DNA of 64,000 nt, the filler included, from Octopus bimaculoides (lineage: Eukaryota): the NCBI RefSeq assembly GCF_001194135.2. It is 5 parts of 5 records of this genome, joined end to end, with 100 filler letters (N's around TTAATTAATTAA, not from the genome) between each part and the next. Parts side by side here need not be neighbours in the genome. Positions count along the whole stretch, not along the records: positions 1 to 24,838 come from NC_069003.1; positions 24,939 to 37,926 come from NC_068985.1; 3 more parts are not named here. One strand, given 5' to 3'. Positions 13,545-26,353 of the stretch are shown here, piece by piece. Each line of letters opens with the position of its first letter. The first letter of the stretch is position 1. The position numbers were made by a program, and so were the translations under genes. Under the pieces are notes generated by a model. The model had not been told where the DNA came from, did not search any database, and was given only the letters and a program-made list of their open reading frames with translations.

Positions 13545-14503
13545 GCATACCTACATATGCAAACACACACACATATGCATAATATTTATAGACACAGTGT
13601 GAGGGTTTATATTCCAAGACGCGTTCCAGTGTGATATAAATTATTTCTTAGACGGTGGAACGCCAGAAGGGGAACTGTGGAAGCAGTGAAGTGTGAGACA
13701 GACTCTAGAAAATAGAGCATATTCTTGCTAGAAACGCGAAGCTCGAAATAGCTATTTTCGTCTTAATGTAGAGCAATCCATTTTGCGCTGTCTTCTGTGC
13801 ATCTATGAATATGAGAAAGTCTTGGAATATAAGAACAGATGCGTAAATATATATATATATATATATAGAGAGAGTTCTTTGAATTAAAAATTTACTTATT
13901 GTTTCATAAATCTTTTTTTTTTAAACTCTGCAGATTATCACAGACCAGTTACTCGTATTTTTATCTGCGGAACCCCCTACTCAGCATCGCTTGGTCTTCT
14001 GAGAATTGTCACACAGACTTAAACCGAAAACAGTGAGAAAGTAGCCAGTTTTGTTCTTTGGTTTATTCTGGTCGCGCAGAAGAAGAAACCCCGTGGTTTT
14101 AGCATAAAATATATTTGCACAACGAAGCTAAACTGGTTTCAAATATACTTTGAGGAATTCTATTTGAGAAGGAAGCAGATTGCAGCTTCTCATTTACCAT
14201 CTAAATAAATGTTATTCCCTATGTTATTCTTCTATTATAGCAGAGAATTCTTAGTGAGAATAATTCTTCTATTGTCACAATTTGAGCATAAATATATATG
14301 TACACACACACACACACACACACACANNNNNNNNNNNNNNNNNNNNNNNNNNNNNNNNNNNNNNNNNNNNNNNNNNNNNNNNNNNNNNNNNNNNNNNNNN
14401 NNNNNNNNNNNNNNNNNNNNNNNNNNNNNNNNNNNNNNNNNNNNNNNNNNNNNNNNNNNNNNNNNNNNNNNNNNNNNNNNNNNNNNNNNNNNNNNNNNNN
14501 NNN

Positions 14504-14555
<52 letters not shown>

Positions 14556-14898
14556 CACACACATGTATACATGCAGATGTTTACATATATATATACATAG
14601 ATACATACATTCACACAAAATACCACACCCAGGTATACAGCGTATAATAAGCAGTATAGTATAATAAACGTCAAATTTTACGACCTAAGTACGTATGAGA
14701 CCGAAGCAGAGAATACGAGGAGCGAAGAAGAGAGAGAGAATAAGATGGCGCGTTGTAATGATATTCTGATAAATGTCATTGACAATGCAAATATATTCCA
14801 TTATTGTTAATCATATGTTGTACCTTCCTGGCAAACACAGTGTATTACCGATGTTAACTGCCTGTAGTAACATTTTTTTCAATAGTTTTCTTAAACAA

Positions 14899-14946
<48 letters not shown>

Positions 14947-15659
14947 ATATATTCATACACACTCTCATATAAATTTTGAAATGTAATGTACCGTGCGAGT
15001 ATAACTTTAATAGCAATATTTTATTTTTACAGTGGAATGCAAACAAATATATACAAATATATTTTTTTTACCTCAAACTGAGCAAAAATATAAAAAATAA
15101 ATAAATAAAATAAATAAAAATGGAATCGTCCTGAGGGGGTGTTAAATTGTGTCTTGAATCTCATCAGAGAACTAGTAAACCCCTTCTTGTACCCGTTTTA
15201 ACCAGTTTAGTTGAGCCTTGGGTTGTATTCAGTATGAATATCTGTGATCTCTTAGCCTGTAACTGAACAGAGGACGAGCTGTTCCCTGGTGACATCACGA
15301 ATAGAATAGAAACCAAACGGTTCCACTTTTTAGAGAAAGGTGTATGAAAACGGGGTTTACACACACGCGCGCGCACACACACGCGCGCACACACACACAT
15401 TAAATGATTGATAGGAAAGACAGGGTGTACTGTAAGCTTTATTTAGCACGACGATCGTTTCGGCTTACATTTGCACTGCTCTCTAGTGGGTGGGGAACGA
15501 TATAATAGAATCGAATGCACTCCACAGTGCAGAAGAAACCTCACCAGGTTACTTAATATGTTACAGCGTTATGTACATTTTCCTACTGTGTGTGATAGGA
15601 TGCGTGCGTTTATAGTAGGTTACAAATCCATTAATGAGGCAAGATGGCTGGTATATATG

Positions 15660-15830
15660 GTTCTTTACCTCAACAGCTCCTTTATAAGATCCTGTGGCTA
15701 AAGACATCATCAGGAAGAACCACATCCGGTTTCGACCCCAACTCCCCTACCGGTTTCGACGTGCCCCTCCCCCCCTTTGGATGTGTTCTCAGCTCTGTTG
15801 TTGAGTTTAGTGGGGAGAGTCACCATCCGA
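15660..15830. mobile_element. Penelope-like terminal repeat remnant
   Basis: Reverse-complement homologue of 34200-34380 (caacagctcctttata...catcatcaggaagaaccacatccggtttcg). The Penelope assignment is an inference from the ctgatgat...gaaaccgg...cgaaacgg motif style. Confidence 0.55.
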
Positions 15831-15849
15831 TGAGGTAAAGAAGAAACAG

Positions 15850-15899
<50 letters not shown>

Positions 15900-18857
15900 G
15901 AGAGAGAGAGAGAGAGATGGAGAGAAAGAAAAGAGAGGGAGAGTAAAATCAGATGGAAGTAAGAGAATGAGACTTCGTTCATTTTCAATATCTCTGAAAC
16001 CTGGCGTTCGTTCTTCCTTCATCCCTTTTTTCTTTGCTTTCCCTCTTTCTTCTCAGCCCTCAATCTCTTGAGATTTTCCTAGTGTCTCATCTCTTTCTCT
16101 CAATATCTCCAAGTATATTTTCTCCAAACTTCTTACTTCCTTCTTTTTAGCAAATTGATGACGAAGCAAGATACAAAATTATATTTGCACACACATGTAC
16201 ATGTACATATAATATATTCGCAAAGTATGCAAATATATTTATACATTCGATTGTATATGCATGTATATGTATGTATATGTTTGTTTGTATGGATGCATGT
16301 ATATACATACAATTATACATACATACATATATATTTATATATATGAATATATATCGGTAAGCGTTAAATTAATACATCTGTTTGTTGTTTACACACCCAT
16401 CTTCGTCCTTTGTTTTTTTTTTGTAAATTCCAACTATATATATACGTATATATATANNNNNNNNNNNNNNNNNNNNNNNNNNNNNNNNNNNNNNNNNNNN
16501 NNNNNNNNNNNNNNNNNNNNNNNNNNNNNNNNNNNNNNNNNNNNNNNNNNNNNNNNNNNNNNNNNNNNNNNNNNNNNNNNNNNNNNNNNNNNNNNNNNNN
16601 NNNNNNNNNNNNNNNNNNNNNNNNNNNNNNNNNNNNNNNNNNNNNNNNNNNNNNNNNNNNNNNNNNNNNNNNNNNNNNNNNNNNNNNNNNNNNNNNNNNN
16701 NNNNNNNNNNNNNNNNNNNNNNNNNNNNNNNNNNNNNNNNNNNNNNNNNNNNNNNNNNNNNNNNNNNNNNNNNNNNNNNNNNNNNNNNNNNNNNNNNNNN
16801 NNNNNNNNNNNNNNNNNNNNNNNNNNNNNNNNNNNNNNNNNNNNNNNNNNNNNNNNNNNNNNNNNNNNNNNNNNNNNNNNNNNNNNNNNNNNNNNNNNNN
16901 NNNNNNNNNNNNNNNNNNNNNNNNNNNNNNNNNNNNNNNNNNNNNNNNNNNNNNNNNNNNNNNNNNNNNNNNNNNNNNNNNNNNNNNNNNNNNNNNNNNN
17001 NNNNNNNNNNNNNNNNNNNNNNNNNNNNNNNNNNNNNNNNNNNNNNNNNNNNNNNNNNNNNNNNNNNNNNNNNNNNNNNNNNNNNNNNNNNNNNNNNNNN
17101 NNNNNNNNNNNNNNNNNNNNNNNNNNNNNNNNNNNNNNNNNNNNNNNNNNNNNNNNNNNNNNNNNNNNNNNNNNNNNNNNNNNNNNNNNGTGTGTGGGTG
17201 GTGGTGGTGCGTACGTGTGTATGTCTGCGTGATAATGAATGGCGCTGGGTCTGTTTTCTATTTCTGAAATATTCCCTTATAGCTACGCCTTTCAATTTCT
17301 CAACTGAAAAGAAATTAAAAGATAAGAAGATGTAAGCATGAGGGAATTAAATATTTAATCATAGCATAGCAAAATTCACAATGGTTTCGAACTGCTTTCC
17401 AAAAAAGAGAAAAATCTTTTAAAATACGCTGTAGCTAGGTCTACTAAATATAACAGCCAAATCTTCCTCACAACAGAACGCACTGATTTGATAAGTACTG
17501 CACGTATCATATAATGTAGTCCTAGATATACTTGTCCTAGAGAACCGTGGATGATTATGTTTGGAACCTCTTTGAGTATAGATTTACTGAGTCAAGTCGG
17601 AACTGAAGAGAAAAAATACCTACACCAACAGCCTGGAGATATTATTTTCAAATCCATATCTTTGATAAATTATTTATTAGTTCTAAGTTATTCACAGAAA
17701 GCATTGTGGAACAGTTTGTAAAGTTCAATTGCTCTGTAGAGGAGAGTATAAAATACTTCACATTTCCGACTTCAGCTCCTTGTCGGAGAAATATAGAAAA
17801 ACTGTCGTTGCTTTCATTAGAAGATTTGTCAGTGAATATTATTGTATTTCGCAATTAATGCATTTAGGTTCTAGAAGTAAAATCACCAAAGACTAAACAT
17901 AACATTCTGAATTATTAGGAGATAGAGAACTGGCTAAAGATTAAGTATAAAGACCTTAGATATTAGGGAAATGAAAACAGAACTGAGATGCTAATAATCT
18001 TTCTGTATTTATGAGAAGAAATTGAAAGCTTATTTGCATTATTCATATACCAGAAGCACATTGTTTGCTCTACACTTACATATGTCTGTTTCATTCATAT
18101 TTATTTCATATTTCGTTTTCTAGTTTGTTTAGATATTTAATGTGTGACCGTAAAGAAATATTTACGACATTGATATATACACAGCTGAACATCTGAAAAC
18201 AGTGAGCACAAATATTTATTTCGAAATAACCTACCTACGGTGAAGTGGTTAGTGGAAACTTTAGTGGTTTGACTGGCGAGGGTGACAGAAAGTCAAAAGT
18301 ATTTCTCTAGTTCTTACAGTTACACCGCCACAAGCCATGAACAAAAATATCTTTTGAAGTTTTCTGTAAACAAAACCGTCTGTTTCTTTCGCTAAGAGGC
18401 AACAACTTCGAAAATATAATCTCAGCCTCTTTGCTTGTCACATTGAAAGTTATGGATCACAAATCAAAGCATTTAAATCTGTCTGACTGCGCAAACTATG
18501 GGGTTTTTTATTGTCTTGAGGCCAAAAGTAGATTTTGCAACTTAATTCTGCCTCGTGATTCACTGTGATCGATTCTGATATTTCACTTTTAGGAATAAAA
18601 AAGAAAAATCTCTTTGTGATTTTAAAATCTAGAAAGTTACTGGGAATGCAGCACAGAAATCTATGATAAATGTATATTTGTAAGATAACCTGACAGTGGT
18701 GGACTTACGGTTTCAACACGGAATGGCCTGTTATCGATAAATAACAATGGAAGTAGGGTTAATTTTTATGGCCTCGTGGCTGAATGTATTTTGTTTTAGG
18801 AAAAAGTGATAACAATGATAATATCGCTAAATATGCGCAGAAAAATATATAAACTTA

Positions 18858-19345
18858 AAGTACATGGCTTGAGAAGTTTGCATTGTAACAACAAGGTTTC
18901 GGGTTCAGTCCCACTGCGCAGTACTTTGGGCAAGAGACTTCTACCAAAGCTTTGGAGTGAAAAATGCCTTGTGAGTGAATTTGCTAGATGGAAACTGTGT
19001 GGAAGTCCGTCGTATACATATACATACATANNNNNNNNNNNNNNNNNNNNNNNNNNNNNNNNNNNNNNNNNNNNNNNATATATATATAGACATAGATCGA
19101 TACAGATATGTGTGTAAGTGTGTGTGTCTGTGTTTATCTCCCCTCTACCGTCGAATGACAGCCAGTGTCGGTTTGTTTATGCCCCCGGAACTTTTGCAGT
19201 TCGGCAAAAACAAAGTGATCGAATAAGTAGCAGACTTTTTGAAAGGAAATAAGTACTTGAGTCGATTTCTTCGACAAAAAAAAAAGAAATTCATGGCAGT
19301 GCCCCAGCATGGCCGTAGTCCAATGGCTGAAACAAGTATGTGGAA
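18858..19345 (+). mobile_element. tRNA-derived CORE-type SINE, family B (internal microsatellite and N gap)
   Basis: B-box gggttcagtccc, ctttgggcaagagactt, gccttgtgagtgaatttgctagatggaaactg, internal (CATA)/(TA), tail gtgccccagcatggccgtagtccaatggctgaaacaag. Confidence 0.8.
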
Positions 19346-19714
19346 GCACTTACACATTTATCGCACAAACTGCTTTGTAGATTTTTATCTCATTGGATAA
19401 CAATACAAGAATGTTCACGCGAAAAACATTTCATAAAAACTAGTCGATTCGACTTCAGGTTTGGCACACTGCTTCCATGCGAAGATAATTGAACAAGATT
19501 TTCTGGTTAAATTCCAAAGTTGAAACTGTTTTCTAAGATAATATAATTTCCAAATATTGTAAACAAGACGCGTATTTACACACTGTTGCTCTTCTGGATA
19601 CAATTCTATTTGAAAAATTAATCAAAATTTTTAAATTAGAAAACAAAATAGTCATTTTTTTAAGATTTACCTATCACAAGAAACTTCATGTCACAAACAA
19701 CTATAATTAATGAC

Positions 19715-20105
19715 TGTTGTTGTAGGTGATGGTCGTGGTGGAGGTGAGGTTGTTGGTGCTGCTGTTGTTGTTGCTTGCGTTGTGTTTTAGATTCTGTTGG
19801 CGGTTTTGTTGTTCTTTGTATTATCGTTGTTGTTGGATCATTTTATTATTGTTTGTATTGTTTTTCAATGTTTTTAATTGTAGATGCAGCTGTCGTTGCT
19901 GCTGTTGGTCGTGTTGGAATTGCTACAGCATTTGCAGCAGTCACAGCAGCAGTTGTTGTTGGAGTTGTTGTTCTTGCAGTTGCTATCTTTATTTCTGTAG
20001 TAGCAGTAGTTTTAGTAGTAGTAATAGTAGTAGTAGTAGCAGCAGTTGGTGTTTTTGTCGTTGTTTCTGTTGGTGTTGTCCGTGTGGTAGTGCTGTTAGT
20101 CTCGG
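19715..20105. repeat. Degenerate (GTT/GCT/GTA)n trinucleotide tract
   Basis: Low-complexity triplet tract; explains the V/L/C-rich ORFs at 19726-20202. Confidence 0.85.
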
Positions 20106-20444
20106 TGTTCTCACCTTGTTAGCTTCCATCTCGCAGACAGACAAGCAAAGACGTTCAGGCCGTGACCTCCTCCCGTCATTCCTAGTCACAGTTGAACCTT
20201 AGATTAACTTATCCAACGTGTGATTTTTTTTGGCTTTTGTTTTTACTAAAACGTAAGGGCTGTTAATTCAAAACAGATTCCACTACTACTTCTAGCAGGT
20301 TGAGTGACCACGTAGAAGTTAAGGTCAATAAGCTGTTCCTAAGTAGTTGTATGGAAAATTATATTCCTGAATCTTGAAGCAAGCTTCAGCAACATACAGT
20401 TCTCGCTGGTAAGAAAACAGATCCCAAAATGGAAAACATTCAAA

Positions 20445-20517
20445 GTTTTGTTTTGGTCTAGTGGTAGAACGCCTGTCATCTTTACGGGAGCTGTGGGTTC
20501 GAGTCCCATGCATAACA
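20445..20517 (+). pseudogene. Non-canonical tRNA-like element followed by an oligo-T terminator
   Basis: A box tggtctagtgg, anticodon stem cctgt/acggg with loop CATCTTT, T stem gtggg/cccat with loop ttcgagt, imperfect acceptor stem, T7 at 20526-20532. No SINE body follows. Confidence 0.6.
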
Positions 20518-20950
20518 GTTGGCAGTTTTTTTCTACTCAGAACGTAAAGACAGACGAATATACATGCATAATTAAGTATAGACATAAATATGAATTCATA
20601 CGTTTTATATACATAACTATATTCATGCTTACATTCATATACACATCCATATATACGCACATCCATAGACGCACGCACATAAATCTTAGTCATACACACA
20701 TGGACATATACAGACATACACACAGGCATACATACATACATAAATACACACATACAGGCATACACATGCATACACACATACACACGTACATACATACATA
20801 CAAAAGACATGTCTGCAAACATGCATACATATANNNNNNNNNNNNNNNNNNNNNNNNNNNNNNNNNNNNNNNNNNNNNNNNNNNNNNNNNNNNNNNNNNN
20901 NNNNNNNNNNNNNNNNNNNNNNNNNNNNNNNNNAGAGAGAGAGAGAAAGT

Positions 20951-20983
<33 letters not shown>

Positions 20984-21897
20984 GGAGAGAGAGAAAGATA
21001 ATAAAAACAGAAAGTTGCAATATACAAGTATGTGAAAGGATTTTTTGTTCTCGATGGTTGATGTCTGATATGAAAGTTTCTGACGAAGCATGAAGAAAGC
21101 TGGTGGTTAGCGAGAAGCGAATATTTCATATTTAATGTAACTAACATCAAGAAATACATTAACCACATTTGAACTGCATTAGTTGAGATTGAAACCAAAT
21201 GGTTGTATGAGTAATGTGTTCCACTAGCGTCTCACGGATCGTACGTTCCAATCAGTCCTGGAGCGTTACTTTCGTTGTATATCTGGAAAAAGAACACTTT
21301 ATTCTTTATTGGCTATCTTTCGAAGATAGGATACGATATATTTTCAAAGTAAATCAATATCATTGATCACCTATTCATAGCTTATCATTAGAAATGTTAT
21401 TGGAAGGTTAATTGCCGCTATTCATCACACTAGTTCCTGTTATAAGAACAGGAATAAACAGTGAGCGACGATAACTTCAGAAGACACGACACAGCAATTG
21501 CATTCAATAAATGGAAACGTTTGTAGCTTCATTGAAATGGAATTTTCAGTTCAAATGTTAGACTTAAACAGAGAACACGTGATCGGTACGTGAATGGTCA
21601 ACATTTCAGTTATGACACGAGTGTTCATGAATGTTATATAGACACTGCCTCACATTCCTTTCAGTTCTGAGGTGTACGGATAAAAATCCAACAGAATAGT
21701 TCACATAGAAATATATTCACACTGCTCTCTCTCTCTTTCTCACTCTCTCATTCTCTATACACAAACAATCACACACACTTATATATAAATATAAATAAGT
21801 AAGATACAAAAATAAATTAATTTCTCAAACGCGTGATAATCCTATAAATAGCGTGATCAGGATAAATTATCCATACATTGCAGAAAAATACGTTACT

Positions 21898-21969
21898 AGT
21901 CAGCCATGAGACTCGAACTCACATTCCTGTGATTACATGTCAAGTGTTTTACCATTAAACTAAACTGCG
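21898..21969 (-). pseudogene. Non-canonical tRNA-like element (Thr-UGU-like loop) followed by oligo-T
   Basis: Minus strand reads cgcagtt-ta-gttt-aatggta-aaac-a-cttga-catgtaa-tcacag-gaat-gtgag-ttcgagt-ctcat-ggctgac-t. T5 follows about 10 nt downstream (plus-strand aaaaa 21884-21888). Confidence 0.6.
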
Positions 21970-22123
21970 TAGCAACGAATTCTTATGCAAATTTTAGAAC
22001 TTATAAATTTAGCTTCACAAGACGCTAACGTTAAATTCAACTTTTACGATGAAAGTAAACAAAGTTAAATTTATCCATATAAATACTATCAGGAATAAGA
22101 CCGAACCTAAGTTAAACAAAGAT

Positions 22124-22124
<1 letters not shown>

Positions 22125-22211
<87 letters not shown>
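22125..22211. repeat. (AAT)n microsatellite
   Basis: Seen directly. Confidence 0.95.
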
Positions 22212-22299
22212 TTGTATACATATATATGTATGTGTGAGTGTGTAAATATATGCATATGTATGTATGTATATATATGTGTGTGTGTGTGTGTGTAACCTT

Positions 22300-22336
<37 letters not shown>

Positions 22337-22757
22337 TGCATACATACATACATACACATACATATATATATATGTGTGTGTGTGTGTCTACATATATATG
22401 TATCCATAAAATTCTGTATTTACATTCGTTTACATTTAGTAGCGAAGCTTATAATTAAAATAATTGTAGCTATACCTTCATTTAATATTCCAGGTTGTTC
22501 AACAAACGCTGTGTTGTGCATTAACGATTAATTGATTAAACAGTGAATGTTCAACGATGCGTGATTGGTTTTATGTTATATTAGCCCCGTCTGTGTCTAT
22601 ATTTACGTCAGATTTCTTTTCACGAGTTATTTTATGGCTAATGTTAACTGTGGCGAGTTTATTTCGTTGTTGTTGTTGCTGCTACTGCTGTAGGGCTGTG
22701 TTACCAGCCTTACGCCAAAACGTCCTCCCTTTCTCGTTAGAGGTTGGAAGCAGTTGT

Positions 22758-22832
22758 GAAAGACCGTGGCGTAGAGGAAATACCGTGACGTAGTGGAAAG
22801 ACCGTGACGTAGAGGAAAGACCGTGACGTAGA
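22758..22832. repeat. 19-bp tandem repeat x4 (GAAAGACCGTGACGTAGAG)
   Basis: Units start at 22758, 22777, 22796 and 22815. Confidence 0.9.
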
Positions 22833-23084
22833 AAACTCAGTAGACTGTTGAAGAATGGTGAGGAAGTGTTGGGGGGTGGGTGGCTGCACCTGGCGACATT
22901 CAGTCGATGCACTCAAGGTGGAATAAAATATTGTAATTAATGCGGTGTGTCCTCTGCTTGGAAAGAGCTTACTAAAAGTGCAAATGCTTCTGCACCTGGA
23001 AGAGGGTTTCCCTATAAAACTAGCATCACAAGGAACCCTAGGGGCTGCTCAAAATTCAGATGTATTCGCTATCCTTTATCTTTT

Positions 23085-23405
23085 AGCTTTTACTTGCTTT
23101 AGTCATTTGACTGTGGCCATGCTGGAGCAACATCTTGAAAATTTTTAGTCGAACGAATCAAGTTCAGGAGTTGTTCTTTTTTTTAAAGCCAGGTACTTAT
23201 ACTATCGGTCTCTTTTGTCGAACCGCTGGTTTTCAGGGAAGTAAACAACCTAGCACCGGCTGTCAAGTAGGTGGGGAACGAACACACACTCAAAGATACA
23301 CACACACACACTCTCTCTCTCACACACACACAAACTCGCACACACGCATATATACACACGACGAGCTTCTTTCAGTTTCCGTCTAACAAATCCACTCACA
23401 AGACT
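23085..23405 (-). mobile_element. SINE family B, 3' two-thirds
   Basis: cttttacttgcttttagtcatttgactgtggccatgctggagc...gagcttctttcagtttccgtctaacaaatccactcacaag. Confidence 0.8.
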
Positions 23406-23606
23406 TCATCGTATCGGCATCGTTCTGTCATCGCCACGTGACATAAAGAAAAAGAAAAGAATGAAATTTAAGGACCACATTCGAAGCATACTTTGAAATA
23501 GAGCGAGGAAGAGCTGGCATATTAGCAAACCATTGAGCAGTGTTAAATACTGTGCAGTTATTTAGTGGCGGATGAAAATGCTGCACTTTCTGTCATGCCG
23601 AGAATT

Positions 23607-23658
23607 TACATCATCATCATCATCGTTGTCGTTGTCATCATCATCATCATCCTCGTCG

Positions 23659-23694
<36 letters not shown>

Positions 23695-23714
23695 GTATCA
23701 TCATCATCATCAGT

Positions 23715-23766
<52 letters not shown>

Positions 23767-23806
23767 CTATCATCATCATCGTCGTCGTCATCATCATCGT
23801 CATCAT
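23607..23806. repeat. (CAT)n/(CGT)n trinucleotide tract
   Basis: Seen directly; source of the poly-I, poly-S and poly-M ORFs. Confidence 0.95.
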
Positions 23807-24882
23807 ATTCCCAATTTTGAATCTAAAAAAACAAACATGTGAACTAACTTCAAAGTGTCTTCAAGTGCCAAATCGCCCACCTAAGAGTGTCAAAAGGGAG
23901 CCCTTCCGGTGCATGATAGATGAGACGCTCACTGTAATGGTTTATTCCCCATTCATTGCAGTTATATCACTTCTTTTCATTCCAACCAACAGAGGTACGC
24001 TCTGTGGCTTGGAAACAAACCGTGATTCGAATTTTAATCTCCTTGTTTCTTTGCCTCACATATAAATGAACCATACACACATACGCATGCGCGCACACAC
24101 ATACACTCACAGACACACACTCTCATATTCCAAATGCCTCACAAACACACACAACGAAACACATACACAGAGAAACACACACACACACACAAAGAGAAAC
24201 ACAACACGCACAGAAACACAACACGCACAGAAACACATACACACAGAAACACACACACACACACACTTAGGAAGAGGAAAGAAACGGTGATTGTGTTCGA
24301 GTATTATGCATATGATTATGTTATACACATACACACACAGGTAACACACACACACACACACACACACTAATACACACACACATATACACACACACAAATA
24401 CACATACACATATATAGAATGAGTGTTTGTATATGTTTTATAAGTTTAAAGAAAGTAGATCAAGAGAACATATAAACAAATACAATTCAATTTATATTTT
24501 TATGAAGAATATTATTTTGTACATCATTTCCTGTTTAAAGAGAAATAGAAACAGAATTTTAATAACGGCATTACGAATGTGTGTAAATATTTATATCGAT
24601 GTCTTATACATACATACATACATACATACATACATACATACACACATACACACATACATACATACATACATACATACATATGTATATAGATTCATTCGCA
24701 CACACATGTACATGCATATGTGTATACACGAATATATATATATTATAAATTTGCATGTACATATGTATATGTTATATACATACATACATTTATATAACAC
24801 CTTGTTCTGCCAATTTCCTACTTAACTATATATATATANNNNNNNNNNNNNNNNNNNNNNNNNNNNNNNNNNNNNNNNNNNN

Positions 24883-24894
24883 TTAATTAATTAA
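24883..24894. other. Assembly gap marker 44N-TTAATTAATTAA-44N (also at 37971, 46333, 61078)
   Basis: All four are the identical 100-bp structure. The 12-mer places stops in all six frames, so it is a synthetic scaffold-join marker, not biology. Confidence 0.9.
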
Positions 24895-25029
24895 NNNNNN
24901 NNNNNNNNNNNNNNNNNNNNNNNNNNNNNNNNNNNNNNTGAAAGATTACTCATTGTAGAGTGCATAGTATATACTGATGAAGGCTAAGTAGCCAGAATCT
25001 TCGAAATCACTCTCAACACTGCTTTTGCA

Positions 25030-25880
25030 AAAGAATAACACACACACACACACGTACGTTCTGAAAACTTCAAATAACCTTTTTTCAAATTTTATTATAT
25101 TCCTCTCGCATAGACTCATTTTTTACTGTTAGCATTGTTGGCAAATTCTGAGATATAAATTGATTTACCCAAGAATCTCTACTGCAACTTGGGAAGCTAA
25201 TATGGCATTCAAGGAATGGAAATACTCTAATATTGAACCAGGGTTTTCGGTTTTTTTGCTTCCCATTTTAAATGCTTGACCAAAGAGTTTTTTCTTTTAT
25301 TTTGCTCTCCTTTTAGATCTGTCTTTCATCAGTTCACGATTGATGGTGATAAAATATTTACTTATTCGACATCTTTCTAGAACTCATTCTTTATGAAAAA
25401 GAAAAAAATATTCTTTTCCTTTTTACGAACAGACATCCGCAGATCTTTGGTTATCTACCCACCTTTTTTTTTTCTTTTTTCAAGCGCTTCTATATATTAA
25501 TCGATCATCGATCATGACATATCTTCGGTTCGGTTGCATCGTTTTCCCAATATAGCACCAGATAGTATTCAATCACGTTTAGATCCTCTGTTGATGTTTA
25601 TTAATGGGTATGTTTATTGTTCGCACGAGAATATCCTTGACATCTTCCTCTCTTCAACCAGTTTATGATAAAGAATGACACAATATGCGGGTTTGTTATA
25701 CCGCTTTTTTTGGTAGTTTCGTAGATTTCTTTGCTTTCCTTTTTCATTTTTTTTAGCGGTGGCTGGGTAGATGGGTCCTTCATTGCTGTTAGATCTACTG
25801 GGTCTTATTGATGATTGTCTAAACTACATTACAAGAACAAAGATACGTTTTTCAGTATCGAGAAATACTCTAACCTTAAT
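25030..25880 (-). pseudogene. Degenerate Penelope-like element, GIY-YIG endonuclease region
   Basis: Minus-strand fragments occur in the expected order: QPPLKKM (25745-25767, cf. QPPNLKK), DLNVIEY..., CYIGKT (25540-25557), WFNIRVFPFLEC (about 25205-25240). Many frameshifts. Confidence 0.6.
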
Positions 25881-25960
25881 TGTTTATAGACCCTGTACAA
25901 AGCTCGAGTCGGACCCAATTCACATGTAGGTGTGTCAGCTCATACATAAAACATTTTCTT

Positions 25961-26107
25961 GAAAATGGACGGATATTTTGGATAATGTGATAATGTGAAA
26001 ATGGACGGATATTTTGGATAATGTGATAATGTGAAAATGGACGGATATTTTGGATAATGTGATAATGTGATAATTGATATGTGATAATTGATATGTGATA
26101 ATTGATA
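25961..26107. repeat. 36-bp tandem repeat x3 followed by a 14-bp repeat x2.5
   Basis: gaaaatggacggatattttggataatgtgataatgt at 25961, 25997 and 26033, then gataattgatatgt units. Confidence 0.9.
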
Positions 26108-26353
26108 CTCAATGCTCGAGTGAAGCACGGGGCGGCAATGCTGTGACACCTTTAATCAGAAATTAAATCTTTTCCAGATCTAACCGCCAGCGAGAGAAAC
26201 ATCTGGTTCTCTTTCAAAAACTGAAGTAAATCGCCATATTGGAGCTCTTATTCATAGAACTAGGACAGCGTTGCTGCTACACATTCAAATACTCTCGACT
26301 GTAGCAAAAAATATCACCGCCTCATTCGACTGATTGAAAAATATTTACCAATA

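Noticed and set aside
15638-15668. AGGCAAGATG, a miR-31-like start
   Set aside because: Only a short imperfect hairpin of about 36 nt, at the edge of a repeat.
17520-17860. Short ORFs in an AT-rich unique block
   Set aside because: Frames are broken by stops and I recognise no motif. It may be a decayed TE but I cannot support that.
24883-24894. TTAATTAATTAA palindrome recurring four times (also 37971, 46333, 61078)
   Set aside because: Always centred in an exact 44N+12+44N block, so it is an assembly join marker.
25444-25457. TCTTTGGTTATCTA, identical to the first 14 nt of miR-9
   Set aside because: It diverges immediately afterwards, has no complementary arm and lies inside the Penelope-like remnant.
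26174-26195. CCAGATCTAAC, a miR-750-like start
   Set aside because: No upstream complementary arm.
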